A DNA stretch of 51,183 nucleotides from Negativicutes bacterium (GTDB lineage Bacteria > Bacillota > Negativicutes > Sporomusales > JAOACF01), in the NCBI GenBank assembly GCA_026417995.1, contig JAOACF010000002.1, positions 1-51,183 of the forward strand. Direction: 5' to 3'. Shown here in pieces: positions 40,326-49,135 of this stretch. The notes under the pieces are model-generated. The model saw only the letters and a program-made list of their open reading frames with translations, was not told where the DNA came from and made no database searches. How positions within the stretch are numbered: the stretch's first letter is position 1; each line of letters begins with the position of its first letter. Made by a program: the position numbers and the translations under genes.

Positions 40326-40360
40326 ATAAAAAATAGGGGGCGATTAGCCCTCTATTTTAT
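40326..40360. terminator. Bidirectional terminator between the helicase gene and rpmE
   Basis: AAATAGGGGG / CCCTCTATTT stem (~10 bp, one G-U), flanked by an A-run upstream and a T-run downstream. It overlaps the last rpmE codons. Confidence 0.6.
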
Positions 40361-40556
40361 CTAAACCATACTTTTTGGCAAAACGCTCTAAACGGCCAGT
40401 CGTGTCAACAATTTTCTGCACCCCGGTAAAATGGGGATGACAGCTGGAACAGACATCCACCTTCAAGCTTTTTTTGGTCGATCCAGTTAGAAAGCTAGCG
40501 CCGCAAGCGCAGGAAACGGTAGCAGCATAGTACTGCGGGTGGATTTTCTCTTTCAA
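40344..40556 (-). CDS. rpmE: 50S ribosomal protein L31 (Cys-containing, zinc-binding type A)
   Basis: 70 aa: [10 protein letters not shown]...CACG...[10 protein letters not shown]. Confidence 0.95.
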   Translation of the reverse strand: MKEKIHPQYYAATVSCACGASFLTGSTKKSLKVDVCSSCHPHFTGVQKIVDTTGRLERFAKKYGLDKIEG

Positions 40557-40640
40557 GGTGTATTCCTCCTGTTAAATTTTGATTACTTTCATTATTCTCT
40601 CAATTTGGAATTATTCCTGCATGGCAATCAGTAAAAATGA

Positions 40641-40669
40641 TTGACACTACGAACAAACGTTTGTATAAT
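40641..40669 (+). promoter_or_regulatory. recA promoter (consensus sigma-A)
   Basis: TTGACA (40641-40646), exactly 17-nt spacer, TATAAT (40664-40669). Confidence 0.8.
40650..40663 (+). promoter_or_regulatory. LexA (Cheo/SOS) box inside the recA promoter spacer
   Basis: CGAACAAACGTTTG compared with the Gram-positive consensus CGAACRNRYGTTYC matches 13 of 14 positions. Confidence 0.8.
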
Positions 40670-40702
40670 GGTTTTAGAAATAGCGGGGGAGGCTTTCAAA
40701 AG

Positions 40703-41734
40703 ATGGACAAATTAAAAGCGCTCGAAAATGCCATGCGTCAAATCGAAAAAGATTTTGGCAAAGGCTCGATTATGAAATTGGGAGAAGCGGCCGCCAAAAT
40801 GAATGTCGAGGTAATTCCCACCGGCTCGCTTGCCTTGGATATCGCCCTGGGCGTCGGTGGCGTTCCGCGCGGCCGGGTGGTAGAAATATATGGTCCTGAA
40901 TCTTCCGGTAAAACAACGGTAGCGCTGCATATTATCGCTCAAGCGCAAAAGGCGGGCGGCCTGGCAGCCTTCATTGACGCTGAACACGCTCTTGACCCCT
41001 CATATGCAAAAAAGCTGAATGTGGATATCGATAACCTGCTAATTTCACAGCCTGACAATGGCGAGCAGGCGCTGGAAATCGCGGATGCCTTGGTTCGCAG
41101 CGGCGCCATTGACGTAATTGTTATCGACTCCGTGGCCGCGCTGGTACCCAAAGCTGAAATCGACGGTGAGATGGGTGATGCGCATGTTGGCCTTCAAGCC
41201 CGCCTGATGTCCCAGGCGCTGCGTAAATTAACCGGGGTAATAAGTAAATCGCGTACTACTGCTATTTTTATCAACCAAATTCGTGAAAAGGTTGGTATCA
41301 TGTTTGGCAACCCAGAAACCACCACCGGCGGCCGAGCACTCAAATTTTATGCGTCTGTTCGCCTGGAAGTGCGCAAGCAGGAAGCGCTGAAACAAGGCAA
41401 CGAGGTTATCGGTAACCGCACCAGGGTAAAGGTAGTAAAAAATAAGGTAGCTCCTCCGTTTAAGCAAGCAGATTTCGACATCATGTACGGGGAAGGTATT
41501 TCGCGCGAAGGCAGTATTGTCGATATAGGCGTCGAGTTGGATATCATCACAAAAAGCGGTGCATGGTATTCCTACGGCGACAACCGCTTGGGACAAGGAC
41601 GCGAGAATGTTAAAGAATTCCTGAAGGAAAATCCCCATATCTGCGATGAAATTGACAGGAAGATACGCGATATTCTGCTCTCAGGAGCGGCAAAACTTCC
41701 CGCGAAAGAAGAGACTGAAGCTACCGCTGAATAG
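40703..41734 (+). CDS. recA: Recombinase RecA
   Basis: ATG 40703 follows a GGGGGAGG SD, giving [28 protein letters not shown]... Walker [10 protein letters not shown] is present. Confidence 0.98.
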   Translation: MDKLKALENAMRQIEKDFGKGSIMKLGEAAAKMNVEVIPTGSLALDIALGVGGVPRGRVVEIYGPESSGKTTVALHIIAQAQKAGGLAAFIDAEHALDPSYAKKLNVDIDNLLISQPDNGEQALEIADALVRSGAIDVIVIDSVAALVPKAEIDGEMGDAHVGLQARLMSQALRKLTGVISKSRTTAIFINQIREKVGIMFGNPETTTGGRALKFYASVRLEVRKQEALKQGNEVIGNRTRVKVVKNKVAPPFKQADFDIMYGEGISREGSIVDIGVELDIITKSGAWYSYGDNRLGQGRENVKEFLKENPHICDEIDRKIRDILLSGAAKLPAKEETEATAE

Positions 41735-41768
41735 TGGTAGTAAGGACAATCAACTCTTTGCTTACTCG

Positions 41769-41792
41769 ACAAGCCTTATGGCTTGTTTTTTT
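41769..41792 (+). terminator. Rho-independent terminator after recA
   Basis: ACAAGCC TTAT GGCTTGT, then T7. Confidence 0.88.
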
Positions 41793-41828
41793 ATATTAAA
41801 TATCAAACGAATCACCGTTATCGTTAAC

Positions 41829-41857
41829 TTGACAGGGTTTTGAAAAACATTTACAAT
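41829..41857 (+). promoter_or_regulatory. sigma-A-type promoter candidate for rny
   Basis: TTGACA (41829-41834), 17-nt spacer, TACAAT (41852-41857). Confidence 0.65.
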
Positions 41858-41942
41858 TAGGGTAGCAAATCGTGTAACCAGATACCGTAGTTACTTTTAA
41901 GAGCACCTTAGCTGCAATGAGAATTTTGGAAAGGGTCTTTTA

Positions 41943-41966
41943 AAAGCCGAGTATTAACTCGGCTTT
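41943..41966 (+). promoter_or_regulatory. Stable hairpin in the rny 5' leader
   Basis: AAAGCCGAG (41943-41951) pairs with CTCGGCTTT (41958-41966) around a 6-nt loop. No U-tract follows. Confidence 0.4.
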
Positions 41967-41997
41967 CCCGTTAATACCAGGAAAAAGGAGGTGTAAA

Positions 41998-43536
41998 ATT
42001 ATTCTCGAAATTATAGTCACTGCTGTGATTGTTGGCTTAATGGGAGCAGGGATAGGATACTGGATAAGACGCAATATTGCCGAAGCTAAAATTGCTTCAG
42101 CCGAAGTCGCCGCCAAAAAGATCATAGAGGAAGCGGAAAAGGCCGGGGAAGCCAAAAAGAAAGAAGCCCTGGTTGAGGCAAAAGAGGAGATCCACAAGCT
42201 TCGTGTTGAGTTGGACCGGGAAATTAAAGAGCGCCGCAATGAACTTCAGCGTCTCGAACGCCGTTTGGTGCAAAAAGAAGAAAACCTGGATCGCAAAATT
42301 GACTCTCTTGAAAAGAAAGAAGAGATCCTCAGCCGCAAGGAAGCTGAGTTAGATAAAAGTCAAGACAAAATTAACGAGCTATATACCAAACAATTGGCGG
42401 AACTTGAAAGATTATCGGGTCTTACTTCAGAGGAAGCCCGCAGCCTCTTACTAGCCAGCGTCGAAGAAGAAATTAAGCATGAAGCAGCAATGCTCATCAA
42501 GGAAATTGAGCAGCAGGCGAAAGAAGAAGCCGATAAAAAGGCCCGTGAAATAATTTCGCTGGCAATTCAGCGCTGTGCCGCTGACCACGTAGCAGAAACT
42601 ACTGTATCGGTTGTCGCGTTGCCAAATGACGAAATGAAAGGCCGTATCATCGGCCGTGAAGGTAGGAATATCCGCACTTTGGAAACCCTTACCGGCATTG
42701 ATCTTATAATTGACGATACGCCAGAGGCTGTTATTTTATCCGGTTTTGATCCGGTGCGCCGCGAAGTTGCCCGTATTGCACTGGAAAAACTGATCGTTGA
42801 TGGACGGATTCACCCTGCACGCATAGAAGAAATGGTTGAAAAAGCCCAGAAAGAAGTCGAGCAGAAAATTAAAGAGGCCGGCGAGCAAGCAACTTTTGAA
42901 ACCGGCGTACACGGCTTACATCCCGAAATCATTAAGCTGCTCGGGAGACTCAAATACCGCACCAGTTATGGTCAGAATGTCCTTAAACACTCCATCGAAG
43001 TGGCTCATCTCGCAGGTGTTATGGCTGCCGAACTGGGCGTTGATATTATGCTGGCTAAACGGGCAGGCCTGCTGCATGATATCGGTAAAGCGGTAGACCA
43101 TGAGGTTGAAGGACCGCACGTTACTATTGGCGCCGATTTAGCCAAGAAATACCGGGAAGCTCCCGAGGTAATCAACGCAATTGCCGCTCATCACGGCGAT
43201 GAAGAACCTAAGACCATTCAGGCGGTACTGGTCGCTGCAGCCGATGCTGTTTCCGCCGCTCGCCCCGGTGCTCGCCGGGAAACTCTGGAAAGCTATTTAA
43301 AACGGTTAACACGATTAGAAGAAATTGCCGAATCAATCGAAGGCGTAGAAAAATGCTTTGCCATTCAAGCCGGTCGCGAAATTCGTGTTATGGTAAAACC
43401 CGAAAAAATCGATGATCTGATGTCGGTACGCGTTGCCAGAGATATTGTGAAGCAGATTGAAAATGAGCTTGAATATCCCGGTCAAATTAAAGTTACTGTC
43501 ATTCGGGAAACCCGAGCGGTTGACTATGCCAAATAG
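41998..43536 (+). CDS. rny: Ribonuclease Y (start probably a non-canonical ATT at 41998 or 42001)
   Basis: KH domain plus HD domain (..[10 protein letters not shown]...LLHDIGK..). The frame is open upstream of the listed GTG 42025. AAGGAGGTG (41985-41993) is positioned for ATT 41998/42001, and only the extended form ([25 protein letters not shown]) provides a full N-terminal TM anchor. Confidence 0.9.
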   Translation: MILEIIVTAVIVGLMGAGIGYWIRRNIAEAKIASAEVAAKKIIEEAEKAGEAKKKEALVEAKEEIHKLRVELDREIKERRNELQRLERRLVQKEENLDRKIDSLEKKEEILSRKEAELDKSQDKINELYTKQLAELERLSGLTSEEARSLLLASVEEEIKHEAAMLIKEIEQQAKEEADKKAREIISLAIQRCAADHVAETTVSVVALPNDEMKGRIIGREGRNIRTLETLTGIDLIIDDTPEAVILSGFDPVRREVARIALEKLIVDGRIHPARIEEMVEKAQKEVEQKIKEAGEQATFETGVHGLHPEIIKLLGRLKYRTSYGQNVLKHSIEVAHLAGVMAAELGVDIMLAKRAGLLHDIGKAVDHEVEGPHVTIGADLAKKYREAPEVINAIAAHHGDEEPKTIQAVLVAAADAVSAARPGARRETLESYLKRLTRLEEIAESIEGVEKCFAIQAGREIRVMVKPEKIDDLMSVRVARDIVKQIENELEYPGQIKVTVIRETRAVDYAK

Positions 43537-43550
43537 CACTAAAAAGAAAA

Positions 43551-43577
43551 AACGACCTTAGCAATAAGGTCGTTTTC
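43551..43577 (+). terminator. Rho-independent terminator after rny
   Basis: AACGACCTT (43551-43559) pairs with AAGGTCGTT (43566-43574), then TT. Confidence 0.7.
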
Positions 43578-43685
43578 CGATTCTTCCAAATATTAATAAG
43601 CAGGATTCATGTGCCTGTCAGAGAATAATACAAGCGGTCATTATTTTTGCCTGCATACTATTCTACATACTGGACGGTGAACACT

Positions 43686-44204
43686 ATGCCCAAATATTCA
43701 CAGGATAGCGGGCAAATCTCGGACGGGGTCAATTTATTGATCTCAATCCTTGTGCGTTATCCTGAGGTCGGGGCTATCGACTACGACCCGGAAACCCAGA
43801 CACTTAAGCTAACTTTCATGTTATCCGGAATACCTTCGCCGGATGATTTTGCGGCCGCCAAACGGTTGCTCATTGACAGTATGGCTGCTTACCACCTGCT
43901 GGAAGGCTTGGATGATGCGATTTCCGATATTGCGCTTAGTGAATGTGAGCAAGTCTCGATGCTTAAAATTATCCGGGATGTAAAAACCCTTTCGCAGGGC
44001 GAAATAGCACTTATTATTACTTTATTGCGCGATAGTTTTAAAAATCGCCTGGTAACCGACTGCAATGACGCCATGCCGGAAGAAGACTTGCTTGTACAGG
44101 AAGAGCTCATTGAAGACATGCTGGAAAACTTAAAGAAAGATCAAGCTCATCATAAACTTATCGGCATTCGCGAAGACGGCCGCGTATTAGTGTTTAATAA
44201 ATAA
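43686..44204 (+). CDS. Acidic hypothetical protein (172 aa), function unknown
   Basis: ATG 43686. D/E-rich with no TM segment and no recognised motif. Bracketed by terminators on both sides. Confidence 0.6.
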   Translation: MPKYSQDSGQISDGVNLLISILVRYPEVGAIDYDPETQTLKLTFMLSGIPSPDDFAAAKRLLIDSMAAYHLLEGLDDAISDIALSECEQVSMLKIIRDVKTLSQGEIALIITLLRDSFKNRLVTDCNDAMPEEDLLVQEELIEDMLENLKKDQAHHKLIGIREDGRVLVFNK

Positions 44205-44214
44205 GCCACTCTAC

Positions 44215-44246
44215 AAATCAGGGTATTAACCACCCTGATTTTTTTG
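44215..44246 (+). terminator. Rho-independent terminator
   Basis: ATCAGGGT (44217-44224) pairs with ACCCTGAT (44232-44239), then T7. Confidence 0.85.
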
Positions 44247-44257
44247 GGGAGGAAGTT

Positions 44258-45034
44258 ATGAATATTTTGATGATAGGCGATATTAGCGGTGAGGCCGGGG
44301 TGAAAACTGCAACCGGGTTTATTGCGAGAATTAGGGCGCAAATAAAGATCGATCTCATTATCGCCAATGGCGAGAATGCTGCCGGCGGCCTTGGTATTAT
44401 GCCCGAACATTTTCGTATACTGCGCCAGGCTGGCATTGATATGGTGACAACCGGCAATCACGTATGGGATAAACCCGAAATCTACAGTACCCTCCTGTCC
44501 GAAGAACGCCTTTTGCGGCCGGCCAATTATTCGCCCCTGTTGCCGGGACGCGGCTGTATTATTATTGAAAAACCGCAAAAAATCTGCATTATCAACCTTG
44601 CCGGACGTGAACACCTGTCGCCCGCAACATGTTCTTTCCACACAGCCGATGAACTGTTAGGCCGGCTGCCAAATGACTGCCGTATTATTATTCTTGACTT
44701 TCATGCGGTGTCAACAACCGAGAAAATGGCGTTGGCCTGGCATCTGGACGGTAGGGTAACTTGCCTGGCCGGCACTCACACGCATATTCAGACGGCGGAT
44801 GAGCGTATTCTTCCCGGCGGAACCGCTTATATCAGCGATCTTGGCATGACAGGGCCGTGGAATTCGGTACTGGGCGTCGCCCCTGAACCCATGATTCATT
44901 TTTATATGACGGGGCAGAGGGAAGGGTTCCGACTGGCTGGTGGCCCGAACGTGCTAGGCGCCATTTTGCTTACAGTGGATGAAACAACCGGCCGGGCGAC
45001 AAATATCGAACGAATTCAGCAATTGTCGCATTAA
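44258..45034 (+). CDS. ymdB: YmdB-type metallophosphoesterase (2',3'-cyclic-nucleotide 2'-phosphodiesterase, TIGR00282 family)
   Basis: MNILMIGDISGEAG.. and ..ANGENAAGG..GNH.WD.. are present. Conserved rny-ymdB-spoVS neighbourhood. Confidence 0.92.
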   Translation: MNILMIGDISGEAGVKTATGFIARIRAQIKIDLIIANGENAAGGLGIMPEHFRILRQAGIDMVTTGNHVWDKPEIYSTLLSEERLLRPANYSPLLPGRGCIIIEKPQKICIINLAGREHLSPATCSFHTADELLGRLPNDCRIIILDFHAVSTTEKMALAWHLDGRVTCLAGTHTHIQTADERILPGGTAYISDLGMTGPWNSVLGVAPEPMIHFYMTGQREGFRLAGGPNVLGAILLTVDETTGRATNIERIQQLSH

Positions 45035-45159
45035 AATAAATAAATGTAATAATTCGGAATTTTTGGGGATGCAAAAAAGGGATTTACACGCTAGATACCG
45101 AATAGTCATATCCACAGGGATTTTATCTTTTTTTCTACTAAAGGAGGGTACAATTACAC

Positions 45160-45420
45160 ATGGATGTCTTAAAAGTATCAGCAAAATCTAATCCCAATTC
45201 CGTAGCAGGCGCTTTGGCGGGAGTGCTCAGAGAGCGGGGCAGCGCAGAGATTCAAGCGATTGGCGCCGGCGCACTCAACCAAGCGGTAAAGGCTGTAGCA
45301 ATCGCACGAGGATTTGTTGCTCCGCACGGCGTCGATCTAATCTGCATCCCTGCCTTTACCGACATTCAGATTGATGGTGAAGAACGCACCGCTATCAAAC
45401 TGATTGTCGAACCCCGCTAA
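45160..45420 (+). CDS. spoVS: Stage V sporulation protein S
   Basis: 86 aa (MDVLKVSAKSNPNSVAGALAGVLRERG.AEIQAIGAGALNQAVKAVAIARGF...), essentially invariant SpoVS sequence. Confidence 0.96.
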   Translation: MDVLKVSAKSNPNSVAGALAGVLRERGSAEIQAIGAGALNQAVKAVAIARGFVAPHGVDLICIPAFTDIQIDGEERTAIKLIVEPR

Positions 45421-45446
45421 AAAGCGAAGATACTGTCTATAAAGAT

Positions 45447-45476
45447 AAAACCTGTTCATCCGGAACAGGTTTTTTA
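45447..45476 (+). terminator. Rho-independent terminator after spoVS
   Basis: AAAACCTGTTC ATCCG GAACAGGTTTT, then T-run. Confidence 0.9.
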
Positions 45477-45537
45477 ATGCTTTTGAGCGCATACTATGGA
45501 TTAGTGGTTTATTCTTAAGAATACGTGGGGTGACTGT

Positions 45538-47031
45538 ATGCAAATTGAAGTTATTGCTGGTTCGCTCAATGAAGTTTTATGCGATACGTTGATTATTTTT
45601 ACCGGCTCCGAAGCGGAAGCGCCAACCGGGATAGCGAGAGATATAGACAATGCTCTTCAAAGTCAGATTAGTCGTCTCCTGCTGGATCAGCCTGAACTCG
45701 GAAAGTTTGGAGAGATCAATGTCCTTCATACATTAGGCCTGATGCCGGCAAAGCGGGTAATTATTGCCGGTATAGGCAAGGATAAGGATTTTGATGCGGA
45801 AAAGCTGCGTGCACTTATGGGAAATGCCGCCCGCGCGGTCGTTAAATATGATTCGCGCATCGTTGCCACATACGTCAGTCATTTGCCGGTGGAAGCACGC
45901 CAAGCTACCCAGGCGGTAGTAGAGGGACTGATACTGGGCGCCTATCAGTTCAATGAATATAAAACGGAAAAAAAACCCGTCAAAAAGATTGAAAAACTGT
46001 ATTTAGCAATTCCTCATTCTGCCGAACGCGAAAGCTTGCAAGCAATAGCCTATAAAGCAAAGATTATCGCCGAAAGCGTAAACTTTACCCGGGATTTGGT
46101 CAATCATCCCGCCAGCGCTATGACCCCCTCACATATGGCCGATTATGCAAATGCAATGGCGCAGCAATATGGCCTAGAAGCTACTATTTTTGCTCAAACA
46201 GAAATTGACAAGTTAAAAATGCATGCTTTTTTGGCAGTAGCGCAGGGATCGGCGCAGCCGCCAAAGCTAATCATGCTTCGGTATACAGGAAACACGGCCG
46301 CCAGCGAGTACACAGCATTAATTGGCAAAGGGATCACCTTTGACAGCGGCGGCATCTCACTAAAACCCAGTGAAGGCATGGATGAGATGAAAACAGATAT
46401 GGCCGGCGGCGCGGCTGTATTAGGAGCAATGAGGGCCATCGCACAGTTAAAACCAAAAGTTAACCTGCTGGCTATTGTTCCGTGTGCGGAAAATATGCCG
46501 TCAGGAACCGCCATAAAACCAGGCGACGTCATATCCTCTATGGCTGGCAAAAGCATTGAAATTGTCAACACTGATGCCGAAGGACGCTTGTTACTGGCAG
46601 ATGCTCTTACTTACGCTAAGCACCTAGGCGCGAATAAACTGGTTGACATCGCGACACTGACCGGCGCTTGCGTCGTGGCTTTAGGCAGCGTTGCTTCCGG
46701 AGTAATCAGTAATCATGACGGCTGGTGCAACAAAGTGCTGGGCGCAGCGGCACAGAGCGGCGAAAAAATGTGGCGTCTCCCTGCCTATGACGAATACAAG
46801 GAGCAAATCAAAAGTCCCATCGCCGACCTGAAGAATTCCGGAGGGCGTCCGGCCGGAGCGATAACTGCCGGCCTGTTTCTTGCCGCTTTTGCCGGCGAAA
46901 CGCCCTGGGCGCATATCGATATTGCCGGCACCGCGACGATTAATAAAGACAGCGGCTATAATCCCAAAGGAGCTACCGGCGCAGGTGTCAGAACATTAAT
47001 CCAACTGGCACAGGACTTGGCGCAGCCATGA
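45538..47031 (+). CDS. pepA: Leucyl aminopeptidase (M17)
   Basis: 497 aa with the M17 signature NTDAEGRL (..IVNTDAEGRLLLAD..) and ..GKGITFDSGG... Confidence 0.94.
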   Translation: MQIEVIAGSLNEVLCDTLIIFTGSEAEAPTGIARDIDNALQSQISRLLLDQPELGKFGEINVLHTLGLMPAKRVIIAGIGKDKDFDAEKLRALMGNAARAVVKYDSRIVATYVSHLPVEARQATQAVVEGLILGAYQFNEYKTEKKPVKKIEKLYLAIPHSAERESLQAIAYKAKIIAESVNFTRDLVNHPASAMTPSHMADYANAMAQQYGLEATIFAQTEIDKLKMHAFLAVAQGSAQPPKLIMLRYTGNTAASEYTALIGKGITFDSGGISLKPSEGMDEMKTDMAGGAAVLGAMRAIAQLKPKVNLLAIVPCAENMPSGTAIKPGDVISSMAGKSIEIVNTDAEGRLLLADALTYAKHLGANKLVDIATLTGACVVALGSVASGVISNHDGWCNKVLGAAAQSGEKMWRLPAYDEYKEQIKSPIADLKNSGGRPAGAITAGLFLAAFAGETPWAHIDIAGTATINKDSGYNPKGATGAGVRTLIQLAQDLAQP

Positions 47032-47843
47032 TTGCAGATCTTCATATTCATACCAATGCTTCTGACGGCAGGCTTTCCCCGGCAGAGATTGTGCGAGAAG
47101 CAGAAAAAGCGGGATTGTCCCATATCGCCATTACCGACCATGATACTGTCGCTGGGCTGGATGGCTTGCATGAACAAAACTCCAGCCTGACAATTATTCC
47201 CGGTGTTGAACTCAATACTGATCTTCCCGGTCATGAAGTTCATATTCTTGGGTATTATATTGATATCAAAAACGAACGCTTGCAGGATGAACTAGGCAAA
47301 ATGGCAGCCGATCGCTTGACCCGAACTCAAAAAATGGTACGGAAGCTAAACGAGCTGGGCTATGCCATTCAGTATGAACGAGTACAGGAAATCGCCGGCA
47401 ATGCGGTTTCAATTGGACGGCCGCATATTGCGAAGGCGCTGCACGAAAAGCACTATTTCTCCGGATTTGATGAAATCTTTGCCACAGTATTAAACACTAA
47501 TAGCCCTGCCTATGTGCCGCACTATAAACTCTTGCCAGAAGCGGCGATTCAACTCATAATCCTGGCAAAAGGCATTCCCGTGTTGGCGCACCCCGGTCTA
47601 ATCGGCAGCAACCGCATTGTATCCGCTATGATTGAAGCCGGGGTGCAAGGCATTGAAGTCTACCATCCCAAGCATAGCGAACAACAGACGAACAAGTGGC
47701 TGGCACTGGCAAAAAGACATAGCCTTTTGGTTACCGGGGGATCGGATTATCATGCTATTCCGGACAGATATCCGTCAAAATTAGGTCTATTTACCGTACC
47801 TTCCACGATTGCCTTGAATTTGCAGCAGGCGGCCAGGCATTAA
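47028..47843 (+). CDS. PHP-domain metal-dependent phosphoesterase (TrpH/YciV-like)
   Basis: MIADLHIHTNASDG...ITDHDT... The start overlaps the pepA stop (ATGA). Confidence 0.88.
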   Translation: MIADLHIHTNASDGRLSPAEIVREAEKAGLSHIAITDHDTVAGLDGLHEQNSSLTIIPGVELNTDLPGHEVHILGYYIDIKNERLQDELGKMAADRLTRTQKMVRKLNELGYAIQYERVQEIAGNAVSIGRPHIAKALHEKHYFSGFDEIFATVLNTNSPAYVPHYKLLPEAAIQLIILAKGIPVLAHPGLIGSNRIVSAMIEAGVQGIEVYHPKHSEQQTNKWLALAKRHSLLVTGGSDYHAIPDRYPSKLGLFTVPSTIALNLQQAARH

Positions 47844-47895
47844 TCCCTTTATTAAGGAATATATTCTTTCATAAAGGTTGCTGGGGAGGGTGGCG

Positions 47896-48186
47896 ATGGC
47901 TGACGATATTGCACTGGTCGAAGAACTGCGGGCACGTATCCGGGAGTTAGAAAACAAAGTAGAGGCATTGCGCATTAGCCGCCGCGTACTAATGAATCTA
48001 ATTGATTCGATTGAACGTGAAAAGCGGGAAAAAGTTTCACGACTGGAACATCTTAACGAACGACTACAAAAAAACAATTGCCGGTACGCACGAACAATTA
48101 TGTACCGGAATATACAAATATTGCAACTTGAAGAAAAGCTGCGGTCAATGCTGAACAAGAAGACTACAGAAAGTAATTTTTCTTAA
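47896..48186 (+). CDS. Small coiled-coil protein, function unknown
   Basis: ATG 47896 lies 6 nt after GGAGG. 96 aa with heptad-like charged/Leu-rich sequence (..LVEELRARIRELENKVEALR..). It has its own terminator. Confidence 0.6.
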   Translation: MADDIALVEELRARIRELENKVEALRISRRVLMNLIDSIEREKREKVSRLEHLNERLQKNNCRYARTIMYRNIQILQLEEKLRSMLNKKTTESNFS

Positions 48187-48217
48187 TACACCTTGCAAAA
48201 GGGTGTTTATTTTTTTA
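48186..48217 (+). terminator. Rho-independent terminator
   Basis: ACACCTT..AAGGGTGT stem, followed by TTATTTTTTT. Confidence 0.75.
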
Positions 48218-48221
48218 ACTA

Positions 48222-48250
48222 TGGACATTTTTCGGCAAACGACATATACT
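48222..48250 (+). promoter_or_regulatory. sigma-A-type promoter candidate for the 48.3-50.4 kb operon
   Basis: TGGACA (48222-48227), 17-nt spacer, TATACT (48245-48250). Confidence 0.55.
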
Positions 48251-48289
48251 AAAGGCTGAACTGAGTGTATGATGGCGGGAGGCTGTCTG

Positions 48290-49117
48290 ATGGACATTAT
48301 TGCGCTAGTGGGACCGAGCGGTACTGGTAAAAGCCACCGGGCGCTTATCGTTGCGCATGAACAAAATGTAGATACTATTATAGATGATGGGCTGCTCATC
48401 AAAGACAGTAAGATTATCGCCGGATATTCGGCGAAAAAAGAACCCAGCAAAATACGCGCAGTTAAACGTGCCATTTTTATGGACGCAGCTCATGCCGAGG
48501 AAGTTCGTAGCGCAATCCGCCAGGTAGCGCCAGAGCGCATCTTGGTGCTCGGAACTTCAATTAATATGGTAGAAAAAATTATCGAAGCGCTGGATTTGCC
48601 GCCGGTCAGCAAAATCGTACGCATTGAGGATATTGCCACCAAGTCGGAAATTGCTAAGGCCCGTGAAAGCAGGCTACGGGAAGGAAAGCATATTATTCCG
48701 GTTCCCACAATTGAACTCAAACCCCATTTTTCCGGTTATTTAATTGATCCGCTTGACATCTTTTTTAAAAAAGCACAACATTCCAGCCGGCGCAAACTCG
48801 GTGAAAAGTCAATTGTCCGCCCGACCTTCAGCTATTACGGCAAGCTATTGATTTCTGATTCCGCCATCGCTTCCATAGTCGATTATGTGGCGGTATCTGA
48901 TACTGCAATTACACGCACGGGGCAAATAAATATTAAAAATTCCCACGAAAAAGAGAAAGGAATTTCTATCTCTTTGGACGTAACAATCAGATACGGGAAG
49001 CAGTTATGGGAAGTTGTTCACCAAGCCCAGCGACGTATTAAAGAAGTTGTTGAGCATATGACGGGCATGACAGTCAAAGAGGTAAACATCGAGGTTAAAC
49101 GTCTCAGTATAGACTAA
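48290..49117 (+). CDS. Fusion protein: N-terminal Walker-A P-loop domain + C-terminal Asp23/Gls24 (DUF322) domain
   Basis: ATG 48290 lies 7 nt after GGGAGG. Walker A GPSGTGKS (nt 48311-48334) is followed by ..DTIIDDG... The C-terminus (nt ~48836-49111) reads ..YGKLLISDSAIASIV...ISISLDVTIRYGKQLWEVVHQAQRRIKEVVEHMTGMTVKEVNIEVKRL.., which is the Asp23-family pattern. Confidence 0.75.
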   Translation: MDIIALVGPSGTGKSHRALIVAHEQNVDTIIDDGLLIKDSKIIAGYSAKKEPSKIRAVKRAIFMDAAHAEEVRSAIRQVAPERILVLGTSINMVEKIIEALDLPPVSKIVRIEDIATKSEIAKARESRLREGKHIIPVPTIELKPHFSGYLIDPLDIFFKKAQHSSRRKLGEKSIVRPTFSYYGKLLISDSAIASIVDYVAVSDTAITRTGQINIKNSHEKEKGISISLDVTIRYGKQLWEVVHQAQRRIKEVVEHMTGMTVKEVNIEVKRLSID

Positions 49118-49135
49118 TACAAGGAGGCTCTTACA

